A stretch of 64,000 bases of DNA from Paraspadella gotoi (taxonomy: Eukaryota; Animalia; Chaetognatha): assembly GCA_051294375.1 (NCBI GenBank), contig CM119268.1:11614200-11678199 (forward strand), read 5' to 3'. Shown here piece after piece: positions 63,658-64,000 of this stretch. Within the stretch, counting starts at the first letter, position 1, and each line of letters opens with the position of its first letter. The notes beneath the pieces were generated by a model. It was not told where the DNA came from and ran no database searches. It saw nothing but the letters and a program-made list of their open reading frames with translations. A program made the position numbers and the translations under genes.

Positions 63658-64000
63658 TCTTGTAACGTGAGATGGGTGGAATAGATTTTGATTTTGGGTC
63701 TTCGTCGTCGTCTCGTCGTCGTCGTTGTGCCGTCGTCGCCTGTCAAAACAAATCACAGGACAAAAGAAACATACGAATCTCAGGTCGAAGAAAAAGTTGA
63801 CGTACAGTGTGATCAGCTTTTTTCTTAAAAAAATCAACGAAATATAAGAAAGGGATAGATGTTTTAAATACCTCTACAACGTTCTGCAATTTTGGCTTTC
63901 ATTAAAAACTTTAATTACATTCACAGGTAATTGAACTAATAATAATAACAATTGAAACATAATTTGAAATATTATACAACTTAAATGATAGGGAAGCCAG

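Overview
Eukaryotic, AT-rich, microsatellite-dense draft sequence, probably arthropod (inferred from protein similarity and a CAAA-ATG start context). It has 13 N-gaps and several stretches that look like unpolished long-read gap fill. Two spliced genes, both on the minus strand, can be rebuilt by hand from GT-AG boundaries and reading phase; almost none of the ORF-track entries are real proteins. (1) ~3568-15914: a divergent extended-synaptotagmin-like gene (SMP + C2A + C2B). It stops right after C2B and shows no N-terminal membrane hairpin. Its middle is scrambled by duplicated and inverted noisy copies. (2) 18206 to at least 32053, probably ~54269: a transcription factor AP-2 (TFAP2) gene with eight shared coding exons covering the PY motif, basic region and helix-span-helix. 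It has up to six candidate alternative first exons that all end in phase 0, one encoding a 196-aa His-rich N-terminus. Other points of interest: an open read-through of the intron after ...TSLVEG resembling the dominant-negative human AP-2B isoform, an in-frame tandem donor, a candidate 9-nt microexon, and a 20-bp-phased array of AP-2-type sites ~5 kb upstream of the gene. The large duplications (6.0-10.3 kb, 35.5-42.3 kb, 42.7-44.0 kb) and fold-backs are most likely assembly artefacts. No rRNA, tRNA, CRISPR or intact transposon ORF was found. All family assignments are from remembered motifs, not database searches.
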